Shown: piece by piece, positions 54,259 through 62,131 of the stretch
How positions within the stretch are numbered: position 1 is the first letter of the stretch
How the letters are laid out: every line of letters begins with the position of its first letter
Virus record (IMG/VR): IMGVR_UViG_3300032167_000006
Strand: one strand, 5' to 3'
Source of the DNA: a virus
Taxonomy: Duplodnaviria; Caudoviricetes
Length of the DNA: 64,000 nt
Position numbers and translations under genes: made by a program
Notes under the pieces: model-generated
The model's database searches: none
Seen by the model: only the letters and a program-made list of their open reading frames with translations
Told to the model about the DNA's origin: nothing

Positions 54259-54846
54259 TTATTTAACAATTTTACACATTTCTCTATATTGAACGTGTTT
54301 AACCATTTCCACATATAGAGAACGATCATATTTCTCCAGATGTTCTAATATCAAATCATTAGGTAAAACATCTTTACAGAAATATGCAGATGCAAATGGA
54401 GTGCCTTTATTAGGAGTTACCATATTACTAGGATCATGAAAATCTATTCTCTGATCAAAAGCTAATAACTGAATACCATTTTTAAAGTATTCATATCTAC
54501 TTACACCTTGAAGCGAATTCAATGGTAATAATATAGCAAATGGTTTACCAAGTTCATATAATCTTGCTATAACTTCATCTTTACAAGAAAAAGGAGGATT
54601 AGTAACAATAATATCATAATAATCAGGTTCATAATTAAAAAAATTTAAACCATTATCTTTATGACCAGCAATTACAGCATTGCCATTTTCTCTAAGCAAT
54701 CTTACATAAGAACTCCATTCCTGATCAAATGGACACCATACTACTAAATTAGAAGGTATATATTTAATTATAGGATTAGAAGCATAATAAGGAGTATATG
54801 CTTCATCTTTATTTTTATTACTTGTTAAATAACCTATATTCATCAT
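54259..54846 (-). CDS. Small N6-adenine DNA methyltransferase-like protein (195 aa)
   Basis: DEAYTP, VWCPFD (motif I variant), IVTNPPFS (motif IV). Confidence 0.75.
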   Translation of the reverse strand: MMNIGYLTSNKNKDEAYTPYYASNPIIKYIPSNLVVWCPFDQEWSSYVRLLRENGNAVIAGHKDNGLNFFNYEPDYYDIIVTNPPFSCKDEVIARLYELGKPFAILLPLNSLQGVSRYEYFKNGIQLLAFDQRIDFHDPSNMVTPNKGTPFASAYFCKDVLPNDLILEHLEKYDRSLYVEMVKHVQYREMCKIVK

Positions 54847-54867
54847 ATTAAATATGCCTCCTAAATC

Positions 54868-55062
54868 TTAACCTAATAATGGTTTAGAACCATCTTCCCA
54901 ATTCATACAGCCATAACCATTTTGCTTATTACATTCAAATCCGTCACCGCAGCAACATCCAACACAATGTTCAATGAATCTTTCTTCTTCTGTTAGATTA
55001 TAGTCGTTACAATCAAAATACCCACAGCCGTCTTGATGAATACATCCATCGCATCCATTCAT
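54868..55062 (-). CDS. Cys-rich hypothetical protein (64 aa)
   Basis: AAGGA RBS; ten Cys. Confidence 0.6.
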   Translation of the reverse strand: MNGCDGCIHQDGCGYFDCNDYNLTEEERFIEHCVGCCCGDGFECNKQNGYGCMNWEDGSKPLLG

Positions 55063-55277
55063 ATGTCTATCCTTTTTATTTTACCACATTTTTTACACAT
55101 AAAAACTATTGTACTACCAATGACAAAGTTACCTTCCATTTTTGTTGCATCTTTAATTTTCTCCCAATTATGCTCACATTTTGGATGTCCGATTAAAAAC
55201 CATATAAGCATACCTATACATATTCCTACAAATAAGCATAATATTATAACTGCAATTAATTGTTGTGTTGTAACCAT
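55059..55277 (-). CDS. Small membrane protein with C-H/CxxC zinc site (72 aa)
   Basis: TM helix then CEHNW...CKKCG. Confidence 0.65.
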   Translation of the reverse strand: MVTTQQLIAVIILCLFVGICIGMLIWFLIGHPKCEHNWEKIKDATKMEGNFVIGSTIVFMCKKCGKIKRIDI

Positions 55278-55299
55278 AATAATTGTTCTCCTAAAATAT

Positions 55300-55494
55300 T
55301 TATTTCATATAATCTGAAGATGCTACATATATAGCAAAGCATATAAATAACATTCCAAAACTAAATGCTTGTAAATTAAATCCTTTTATCTCAATAGTAG
55401 CAAACATACATGCTAAACATATAAAACCTGAAATAATGCTAACTATTAGACTTATAAGCGGTAATTTATTATGCTTCAAAGTCTTCCACCTCAC
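55300..55494 (-). CDS. Small two-TM membrane protein
   Basis: Two hydrophobic helices; exact start uncertain. Confidence 0.55.
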   Translation of the reverse strand: MRWKTLKHNKLPLISLIVSIISGFICLACMFATIEIKGFNLQAFSFGMLFICFAIYVASSDYMK

Positions 55495-55621
55495 ATCCAG
55501 TTAGCCATTTTAAAGCTAATTTTTGTAGCCAATTACGTCTTTTATAAAAAATATAATATTGAGGGTATTTTCCGCCAGTAAACTTTAATCTTGTTCGAAT
55601 TACTTTTTTATTCTTTTTCAT
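55469..55621 (-). CDS. Small basic hypothetical protein (50 aa)
   Basis: Below track cutoff; AGGAG RBS, MKKNKKVIRTRLKFTGGKYPQYY... read by eye. Confidence 0.5.
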   Translation of the reverse strand: MKKNKKVIRTRLKFTGGKYPQYYIFYKRRNWLQKLALKWLTGCEVEDFEA

Positions 55622-55671
55622 ATATATTCTCCTAATTTTAAATTACTATAGAAGGAGGATTTAACCTCCTT

Positions 55672-55935
55672 CTATTCATATTCTTCTAAATCTGTATGTT
55701 TTGCTCTTAAATTGATCTTTTTAATTACTTCAATTTTTATAAATGGTAGTGTTAGATAATAGCAAATATTATGTAAATACCATTCTATATACATTGATAA
55801 GTAACTTCGATTAAGATAATTCTCTGCATTGACAGCATGGTGCCATGCAACTTCTTTAACTCTTTCATCAATTAGTTTCTTCATAGTTTTAGGATTCCAT
55901 ACTCTAAAACTATTTTTCATATGTAAATTTCGCAT
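55672..55935 (-). CDS. Hypothetical protein (87 aa)
   Basis: ORF with RBS, followed by hairpin 55648-55675. Confidence 0.65.
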   Translation of the reverse strand: MRNLHMKNSFRVWNPKTMKKLIDERVKEVAWHHAVNAENYLNRSYLSMYIEWYLHNICYYLTLPFIKIEVIKKINLRAKHTDLEEYE

Positions 55936-55960
55936 TTATATATCACCGTCCTTTTAAGTA

Positions 55961-56263
55961 TTATTTACTTAAAAGTCCAGATAATTCTAAATTGGAAAGC
56001 ACTAATTGTTTTAATCCTTCAGGTGTAACTTTACGTAATTTGCATGATGATGGTCTTTTACATATTGTGATATCATCCGTACGTTCAGTTAAACCACAAT
56101 TTTCATAATTATTTGATTTGAAATATGGGCACTCTTTACAATTTTCAGGCATTTCAAATACAAGAAAACTATCATAAGGTAAAGTGATTTTAAAATTAAT
56201 ATTTAAGTTAATACTATCAGCATCATATGATTCTTTATGTTTAACTTCTGTTTTTGTGTTCAT
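55961..56263 (-). CDS. Cys-rich (zinc-binding) hypothetical protein, paralogue of the C-half of 57267-57770
   Basis: AAGGAG RBS favours start 56263; LPYDSFLVFEMPENCKECP...CG...KRPSSCKLRKVTPE. Confidence 0.7.
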   Translation of the reverse strand: MNTKTEVKHKESYDADSINLNINFKITLPYDSFLVFEMPENCKECPYFKSNNYENCGLTERTDDITICKRPSSCKLRKVTPEGLKQLVLSNLELSGLLSK

Positions 56264-56281
56264 TTTTGTTCTCCTTCGCAC

Positions 56282-56626
56282 TTAGTCATTCCATCTAAAG
56301 CATCTATATTTATTAGATTTACAACAATAGATTTGTTCTATATCATCTATTGTTTTTGTTTCTACAGATAAATCATGTATTATAAAATCTTCTATAGAAA
56401 ATTGTTTTGATAAGTTATATTTAAAACACATATCTCGTTTAGGACAATTGGAACCTAAACATGGTGCATCCTCTTCAGATGTAACTATATCAAATTTATC
56501 TTTAAATTTAACATAACTAAATCCTTTATCTATATCGTAAACTATTTCACCAGGCATACATAAATCTTTAACATCAATAGCTTGATTGATATTTGCACAT
56601 ACTTTCATACTATATTTAACACTCAT
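56282..56626 (-). CDS. Cys-rich hypothetical protein, C-half paralogous to the N-half of 57267-57770 (114 aa)
   Basis: AGAGG RBS; CLGSNCPKRDMCFKY. Confidence 0.7.
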   Translation of the reverse strand: MSVKYSMKVCANINQAIDVKDLCMPGEIVYDIDKGFSYVKFKDKFDIVTSEEDAPCLGSNCPKRDMCFKYNLSKQFSIEDFIIHDLSVETKTIDDIEQIYCCKSNKYRCFRWND

Positions 56627-57018
56627 ATGTTACCTCTGATTATTCTACGAGGTATAAAGTCAAGAGAAATTTTATATATTTTATTAATACCACCGTTATA
56701 AAAGATATAACCCCTATCCAAAGCTTCTTCTAAAGATACTTCTTCTAATTCATTCCAGTAATGAATTCCATCTCCAATTTTATAAATTGTTTTAGTATTG
56801 GAATAGCCTATAAGAATTTCATCTTTATAAGGAATTCTAGTAGTGATTTTCCATTCATCTAAAGAATCATTCCTGGGAATTATTCTCATGTCTTGAGCTT
56901 CAGGAAATTCTTTAACTATTATTTCTGGCTCTTTTTGTATACTTTCTTTTTCTTTTTGGTTCTCCGTCATTTTCTTTGAGTCTGGTTTTGAAATAATTTT
57001 GTGGTTTAAGAATGCCAT
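56623..57018 (-). CDS. Protein with Mtd_N/hyaluronidase-N-like module (131 aa)
   Basis: RNDSLDEWK...PYKDEILIGY...YKIGDGIHYWNEL. Confidence 0.6.
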   Translation of the reverse strand: MAFLNHKIISKPDSKKMTENQKEKESIQKEPEIIVKEFPEAQDMRIIPRNDSLDEWKITTRIPYKDEILIGYSNTKTIYKIGDGIHYWNELEEVSLEEALDRGYIFYNGGINKIYKISLDFIPRRIIRGNI

Positions 57019-57172
57019 ATTTATCGTCCTCCCTTATATTGTCAAATGTAATATTACAAAAACGACATCTATAATGTGTTTTTATTGATTTGCCATTAAC
57101 CATATGATATAATACTTCATAATAAGATTCACCGCATCCAGGGCATTTAATAGATTTATCTGTTTCCACCAT
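56912..57172 (-). CDS. Zinc-ribbon hypothetical protein (86 aa)
   Basis: AGGAG RBS; CPGC...CRFC; 3' end overlaps next gene. Confidence 0.55.
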   Translation of the reverse strand: MVETDKSIKCPGCGESYYEVLYHMVNGKSIKTHYRCRFCNITFDNIREDDKYGILKPQNYFKTRLKENDGEPKRKRKYTKRARNNS

Positions 57173-57210
57173 ATTAAGATATCTCCTAAAAAATAAATAT
57201 TAAATTATTT

Positions 57211-57235
57211 AGGGATAGGAGTAAATCCTATCCCT
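57211..57235. terminator. Hairpin terminator-like element
   Basis: AGGGATAGGA-GTAAA-TCCTATCCCT. Confidence 0.6.
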
Positions 57236-57266
57236 TTTAATAATTTGTACATGAATTAATTAAATC

Positions 57267-57770
57267 TTATTTTTCTACGGGTGGTATAGTTTCAATCATA
57301 TTGTATTTGGATATTATCATCTGCTGTATTTCTTCTGGAGTGATTCTTTTAAGTTTACATGTCGATGGTCTTTGTTTATAATCTTCATCTGTAAACGGGG
57401 CATTTCTACCACATTCTCCAGAATTCATAAAACCAACAGGACAGCTTGAACAGCTTGTTGGATATTCAAGTACGATATATGATTCATATGGTAATTCTAT
57501 TTCAAATGTCAATTTAAATTTAGGACCTTTATCAGTATATTCATTTTTATAAGATAAAGTACTAAATCCTTTATCTTTTGGTTCAAAATACTTATAACCA
57601 TTAGTGCCATTATCTCCGCACCATACTGTAACTTCACAAAATGGTTTACCATTTTCATCTGTTCCAGCTTTACCACTTCCGTAAGTTGAGAAGTCAACTA
57701 CATCGCCATCGTTAAAATACTTTTGGCATAAATACTTTTTACTACAATTACTTCCTTGGCAATGACTCAT
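57267..57770 (-). CDS. Two-domain Cys-rich protein (167 aa)
   Basis: CQGSNCSKKYLCQKY plus LPYESYIVLEYPTSCSSCP...RPSTCKLKRITPE. Confidence 0.75.
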   Translation of the reverse strand: MSHCQGSNCSKKYLCQKYFNDGDVVDFSTYGSGKAGTDENGKPFCEVTVWCGDNGTNGYKYFEPKDKGFSTLSYKNEYTDKGPKFKLTFEIELPYESYIVLEYPTSCSSCPVGFMNSGECGRNAPFTDEDYKQRPSTCKLKRITPEEIQQMIISKYNMIETIPPVEK

Positions 57771-57993
57771 CTTTGTTCTCCTTGAATTTGCATTTTCTAC
57801 ATATCATGGTATCACCATCTTTATATAATGTATCTCTTGATGTGCCACATTCTCTGCATCTTGTTATGTTATAAGTACCAACAGTAGGTTTTATCTTAAT
57901 AGATGGAAAATCTAAACTAGAATATGGACCGCCAGTTATAGCAGAAATAGCTCCTAATGTAGTAGCTAATAATTTAGTTTTATCTTTACTCAT
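57748..57993 (-). CDS. Zinc-finger hypothetical protein (~81 aa)
   Basis: AAGGA RBS favours the MSKDK start; CRECG...ICRKC. Confidence 0.65.
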   Translation of the reverse strand: MSKDKTKLLATTLGAISAITGGPYSSLDFPSIKIKPTVGTYNITRCRECGTSRDTLYKDGDTMICRKCKFKENKDESLPRK

Positions 57994-58085
57994 TTTTTGC
58001 GTCCTTCTTTGATGCAAATAATAAGTGCTGCTATTGCAATAATAGTAGTTACTACTATCATTATTGTATATGCAATATTTTTCAT
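57990..58085 (-). CDS. Small membrane peptide (31 aa)
   Basis: Below track cutoff; AGGAGG RBS; MKNIAYTIMIVVTTIIAIAALIICIKEGRKK; ATGA overlap with the next gene. Confidence 0.55.
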   Translation of the reverse strand: MKNIAYTIMIVVTTIIAIAALIICIKEGRKK

Positions 58086-58097
58086 ATTTTCCTCCTA

Positions 58098-58385
58098 TTA
58101 AGCTACTTCATATAACATTGGACTTCCATCTGGATTTACTAGTAACGTAAATATACCACGATTATAACTTCCAGAAGATACGGCATACATTACTTTGGTA
58201 TCTCTATGATAAACTACTCTCCAATTATCTGTTATTTTTTCTATTTCTATAAACATAGAAGTCGATTCTTGCTTAACCTCAGTATCATTAACTGATTTGA
58301 CTTTTGTTTCGTTACATCCTGTAAGTAGCAAAAGTAATAGAATTGCAATAACTATAACTGCAATTATACAAATAACTTTTTTCAT
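58098..58385 (-). CDS. Lipoprotein (95 aa)
   Basis: Signal peptide with lipobox LLTG-C; VVYHRDTKVMY...FTLLVNPDGSPMLY. Confidence 0.75.
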   Translation of the reverse strand: MKKVICIIAVIVIAILLLLLLTGCNETKVKSVNDTEVKQESTSMFIEIEKITDNWRVVYHRDTKVMYAVSSGSYNRGIFTLLVNPDGSPMLYEVA

Positions 58386-58403
58386 AATAATTCACCCTCT
58401 TAT

Positions 58404-58925
58404 TTAATCATAATTTATTGTTGTTATAATGGGTAAATCATTATATTTGTGAATACCGTCTGCAATCTTAACATGGCAGAATTGATCATCATTTGTAACA
58501 CAAAGAAGATACGTATCTTTAGGATAAATAGTATCATCTATTACCCATTCATGTTCACTTTTTCTATTTTTCCACATAGCATCAGTGACTAAATGAGGTA
58601 TTGAATTCTGCAATACAGCATTAATATGTGAAGGAAGAATATATTTTTCAAAAGCTTCTACAAATTTCTCTTTTGAAATAAATAATTTATATAAAGGTGC
58701 TATACCTTCATAACACTCTGATTTAGCAGGAACATAGATACCATCATCTCTTATTTCTGGTTCAAATACTACAATTTTTTTAGGCATTATAGTACCTGTG
58801 CCACTTGCATAATATCCTGGCCAGTCGATAGCTTTTTCATTAAATCTAGTATTGCAATCCATGCATATGTCACAAGATGTGTAACTAGAAATATTAGTAC
58901 TTCCGCAGTTAGGGCAATTTTTCAT
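58404..58925 (-). CDS. Zinc-ribbon protein with C-terminal Mtd_N-like module (173 aa)
   Basis: CPNCG...CMDC; KSEHEWVIDDTIYPKD...VKIADGIHKYNDLP. Confidence 0.65.
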   Translation of the reverse strand: MKNCPNCGSTNISSYTSCDICMDCNTRFNEKAIDWPGYYASGTGTIMPKKIVVFEPEIRDDGIYVPAKSECYEGIAPLYKLFISKEKFVEAFEKYILPSHINAVLQNSIPHLVTDAMWKNRKSEHEWVIDDTIYPKDTYLLCVTNDDQFCHVKIADGIHKYNDLPIITTINYD

Positions 58926-58939
58926 ATGTTAATTTCTCC

Positions 58940-59287
58940 TTAAATTGGTTTAATATTGTAGAGGGAATCTTCACATAATTTATCTTTAAGAGTATCTATT
59001 GTAATAAATGGTAAATTTATTATATCTGGAACTTTATTAAACTTCCAAAATTCTTTTCCGGTAGTATGAGATGCTTTTCTTTCCAACCAAAATCCATTAC
59101 CTACAATATATAGATCTGGATTAATTACAGGTGCATTATAATTACTATCATCATAGTTTACATTAGATAAGCATAAGAAATCATATTTTGATATTCTGCC
59201 TTCTGGTACTATAACTCCAATAACATCGCACCATGATTTACCATTGTCATGTAATATTGATATAGTTTCTCTTAATAAATTATTCAT
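58940..59287 (-). CDS. Hypothetical phage protein (115 aa)
   Basis: ORF in operon, ATGA overlap. Confidence 0.7.
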   Translation of the reverse strand: MNNLLRETISILHDNGKSWCDVIGVIVPEGRISKYDFLCLSNVNYDDSNYNAPVINPDLYIVGNGFWLERKASHTTGKEFWKFNKVPDIINLPFITIDTLKDKLCEDSLYNIKPI

Positions 59288-59553
59288 ATAGATTCCCCCG
59301 TCGATAATTTTATTTCTTCTTCTTTTTTCTCATAATAGAGACGTATGTTTTCATCTTTACAATCAAAGAACTGCCAGCAATTACCAGTGCATTTAAACCT
59401 ATCTTGCAATAGATCAAAATTATTTATTTTGTAATACTTATGATTATCATAACAGTAATAATCATATTTTGGCTGTCTGCCTTTGATTTTGCATCTAGCT
59501 AATTGTTTTATTACTTTCTTTAGAGTAATTCTTTTTTTAACCACAATAGCCAT
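59284..59553 (-). CDS. Hypothetical protein (89 aa)
   Basis: ORF in operon. Confidence 0.6.
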   Translation of the reverse strand: MAIVVKKRITLKKVIKQLARCKIKGRQPKYDYYCYDNHKYYKINNFDLLQDRFKCTGNCWQFFDCKDENIRLYYEKKEEEIKLSTGESI

Positions 59554-59693
59554 CCCCCATCAAATGGTTATTTAACATACATTTTTATTTTCTTTCGCCT
59601 CTTTAGGCATTTCCATAGGAGCATCTTCTTCTAATGGCTCCAAAGGCTCATCTGGTTCACAAGGCTCACATGTAGCTACAGCTTCTTCAACAC

Positions 59694-59930
59694 TTACGCA
59701 ATAATCTTCTGTAATGTAAGGGCTGAAATGGCATTAGCTACATCATATGCTTTCTGGAAATTCTCTTCTGAAGAAGCAATGTTGTCTTCATAATCTGCAG
59801 ACATGTCAGGATATACAATAGTCCATCCTTCAGGACCTGCATCGATATGAACAATTCTCCCGTTCTCATCTTTGAATTCTTTACTGATTTCTATACATTC
59901 TACTGGCATCAATCCCATAAATCTTTTCAT
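59694..59930 (-). CDS. Hypothetical protein (78 aa; possibly frameshifted, true end 59572)
   Basis: GGAGG RBS; coding-like acidic frame continues in another phase. Confidence 0.65.
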   Translation of the reverse strand: MKRFMGLMPVECIEISKEFKDENGRIVHIDAGPEGWTIVYPDMSADYEDNIASSEENFQKAYDVANAISALTLQKIIA

Positions 59931-59933
59931 TTT

Positions 59934-60224
59934 TTATTCCTCCAATTGTTTTTTATTTTCACATTCCCCATCAAAATAGCAAAGTGAACTTTCGCTACAA
60001 AATATGCATCTGTTGATAGGATTAAGTGGGTCTTTAATTTTTTCTTCTACTGGTATTATATCCGAATTAGTACAAATACCTGTTGGTGATATTTTTGCTT
60101 CAACACCTGTAGCTATATTACGTTGCCCTTCTACTTTATGCTGAGTATAATTGCACGAATAATCTTCTGTTTCTGTAGGTGATTTATTTTTTATTTTAAA
60201 TAATCTACATAAGAATTTAAACAT
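59934..60224 (-). CDS. Hypothetical protein (96 aa)
   Basis: AGGAG RBS; C-terminal Cys cluster. Confidence 0.6.
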   Translation of the reverse strand: MFKFLCRLFKIKNKSPTETEDYSCNYTQHKVEGQRNIATGVEAKISPTGICTNSDIIPVEEKIKDPLNPINRCIFCSESSLCYFDGECENKKQLEE

Positions 60225-60867
60225 TTTTGTCTCTCCTATATTTTAACTTTCTTTTAAGAGCTGTCAATGATAGCGGTATTGTAAAATGTTTTTTAAATAT
60301 GTAACTTTCGCCATCTTTTTGAAGCCAATGAATTTTTAACCTCAATCCTTTAAGCTTAGTTTTAAATAAGTTATCACATTCCAAATCCCAACGTATAGCC
60401 CTTTTATACAATTTGATTCGACCTCTGGCTATTTGCCAATCAAATTTTCCCTTACGTTTCTTACGTCTTTCATATCTCTCATCTTGTTCTCTTTGAAGAT
60501 CTTCAAGACCTTTAATATATTCCTGCTTGCTTTTATCAGCTGCTATATCTTCACCAGACCAATATTCAAATGAAGTCTTATAATTGCTACAAACAGGGCA
60601 ACAAAGATTAGGCTCCCAAGACTCATCTTCTCTAGCAAAAATAACCGTACCGCATTCTTTACAACGTAAAGTTACTTGAAGTAATCCATGTAAATCATGT
60701 ACAGTTTCAAAGTCACAATGCATTTTTTCACGAAGTACTTGAACTAATATATCGATATGGCATACCACTTTACCAGTTTCTTTATTAACTACCATATTGT
60801 CGTCATTAATTGTAAACCATGGATCATATTTTTTAGCGTAGTCTTTTACTATGTATCTGTTAACCAT
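60217..60867 (-). CDS. Zinc-ribbon hypothetical protein (216 aa)
   Basis: AAGGA RBS; CKECG...CPVC. Confidence 0.75.
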   Translation of the reverse strand: MVNRYIVKDYAKKYDPWFTINDDNMVVNKETGKVVCHIDILVQVLREKMHCDFETVHDLHGLLQVTLRCKECGTVIFAREDESWEPNLCCPVCSNYKTSFEYWSGEDIAADKSKQEYIKGLEDLQREQDERYERRKKRKGKFDWQIARGRIKLYKRAIRWDLECDNLFKTKLKGLRLKIHWLQKDGESYIFKKHFTIPLSLTALKRKLKYRRDKNV

Positions 60868-60883
60868 AGTATTATTTCCTTTC

Positions 60884-61537
60884 TTAATATAATTTCAAAT
60901 CCATAATAGCTCTGCAATTAGGGCATTCTTTTGATCTTCTATTATGAAATCTTTGAGATATTCCACATACAGAACAACGTACGGCATCAACCGCACCTTC
61001 ATTTTCATTGAATATCTCTTTACATAATATCCAATATCCTTGTGGTTTTACATCTTTATCAGATTCTGTTGGATCTAATGCAAATTCTTCTATAAATTTT
61101 CTTATTACATCAAGTGCTTCAAGGCATTCTTTTTTAGTATAAATTATTTCAATATATTTATAATCAATACCACATTCATTAAATCCATCCGCTGGAGGCA
61201 TCCACATTCCTTTAAGTGTATTATAAGCTTTATAAACTTCTATACATCCTTCATATGTCATACCCCCTTTATAATTTTTAATAAGATTATTAATTAGCGA
61301 TGATTGTAATACAGATTGTTTTATAAATATAAAAGGTAAATTGCACCATGAAGATTTACCATCTGATAATTTAATACCAATAATATCACAACCTAGAAGA
61401 TCTGCTGGTATTAGATATATACCTTCTGTATATATGGTATTATCTGATAACCATTCATCACTTGTTTTATAAATTTTGGGTGCATGCTCAAAATTCTTTT
61501 TAAATTCATCAGCATCAATTTTTTTAACATCCGACAT
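60884..61537 (-). CDS. Protein with N-terminal Mtd_N-like module and C-terminal zinc ribbon (217 aa)
   Basis: KTSDEWLSDNTIYTEG...IKLSDGKSSWCNLP; GYW...RCSVCG...ECPNCRAIM. Confidence 0.7.
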   Translation of the reverse strand: MSDVKKIDADEFKKNFEHAPKIYKTSDEWLSDNTIYTEGIYLIPADLLGCDIIGIKLSDGKSSWCNLPFIFIKQSVLQSSLINNLIKNYKGGMTYEGCIEVYKAYNTLKGMWMPPADGFNECGIDYKYIEIIYTKKECLEALDVIRKFIEEFALDPTESDKDVKPQGYWILCKEIFNENEGAVDAVRCSVCGISQRFHNRRSKECPNCRAIMDLKLY

Positions 61538-61569
61538 TTTTAATTTCTCCCTTAAATTATTTTATGGTT

Positions 61570-61815
61570 TTATGCATCTGCAAATATATCAGCATATTCA
61601 AGATATATAGGATGCAATTTACAATATGGCAGTATACCATTTGAAATTTTAAGACAAAAACTATCGCCTCTTATAATATTTTTAGGCATTAAAAATACGC
61701 CTTTGGGATATACTGTGGTATCAGATTGCCATTCTGATTCCGATTTAAAGATTTTGTCTGCATGTCCATACCTTCTTGATATGGTTCGTTTAAAGATTTT
61801 TCTAGAGTTTGACAT
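61570..61815 (-). CDS. Stand-alone Mtd_N-like module, paralogue of the N-terminus of 60884-61537 (~81 aa)
   Basis: Start 61815 (AAGGGAG RBS); 31-bp RBS/start region duplicated at 61533-61563 and 61811-61841; early motif at 61867-61878. Confidence 0.65.
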   Translation of the reverse strand: MSNSRKIFKRTISRRYGHADKIFKSESEWQSDTTVYPKGVFLMPKNIIRGDSFCLKISNGILPYCKLHPIYLEYADIFADA

Positions 61816-61899
61816 TTTTAATTTCTCCCTTAAATTATTTTTTGTATACATTATTTATACACGTTTATAATATGCAATCCAAATAAGACAAATAGACAA

Positions 61900-61921
61900 T
61901 GGGAGCCAATTAAGGCTCCCA
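61900..61921 (-). terminator. Hairpin terminator
   Basis: TGGGAGCC-AATTAA-GGCTCCCA; related hairpin at ~43378-43401. Confidence 0.6.
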
Positions 61922-61926
61922 CTATT

Positions 61927-62130
61927 TTATTCGTAATAATAATCATCTAAGAAACTTTCGTCTAAAGCACCTTCGATAAGAGTTTTACGTAAATCTGTAT
62001 GTTCAAGCTTTGCAGGATATCCTTCATATTCATTTACTACAGATTCAATTTCGCTAGGATAATCAAACTCTACTGTTTCTATAGGGGTAGATGTATCATA
62101 AAAATGATAAATAGATAATTTATATTTCAT
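61927..62130 (-). CDS. Hypothetical acidic protein (~67 aa)
   Basis: GAGGAG RBS favours the MKYKL start at 62130. Confidence 0.65.
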   Translation of the reverse strand: MKYKLSIYHFYDTSTPIETVEFDYPSEIESVVNEYEGYPAKLEHTDLRKTLIEGALDESFLDDYYYE

Positions 62131-62131
62131 A

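Noticed and set aside
45359-54846. Type I/III restriction-modification system (helicase + MTase)
   Set aside because: No PD-(D/E)xK, HNH or PLD nuclease motif seen in the helicases, and the MTase is a minimal orphan type in a separate transcription unit; kept only as a weak link
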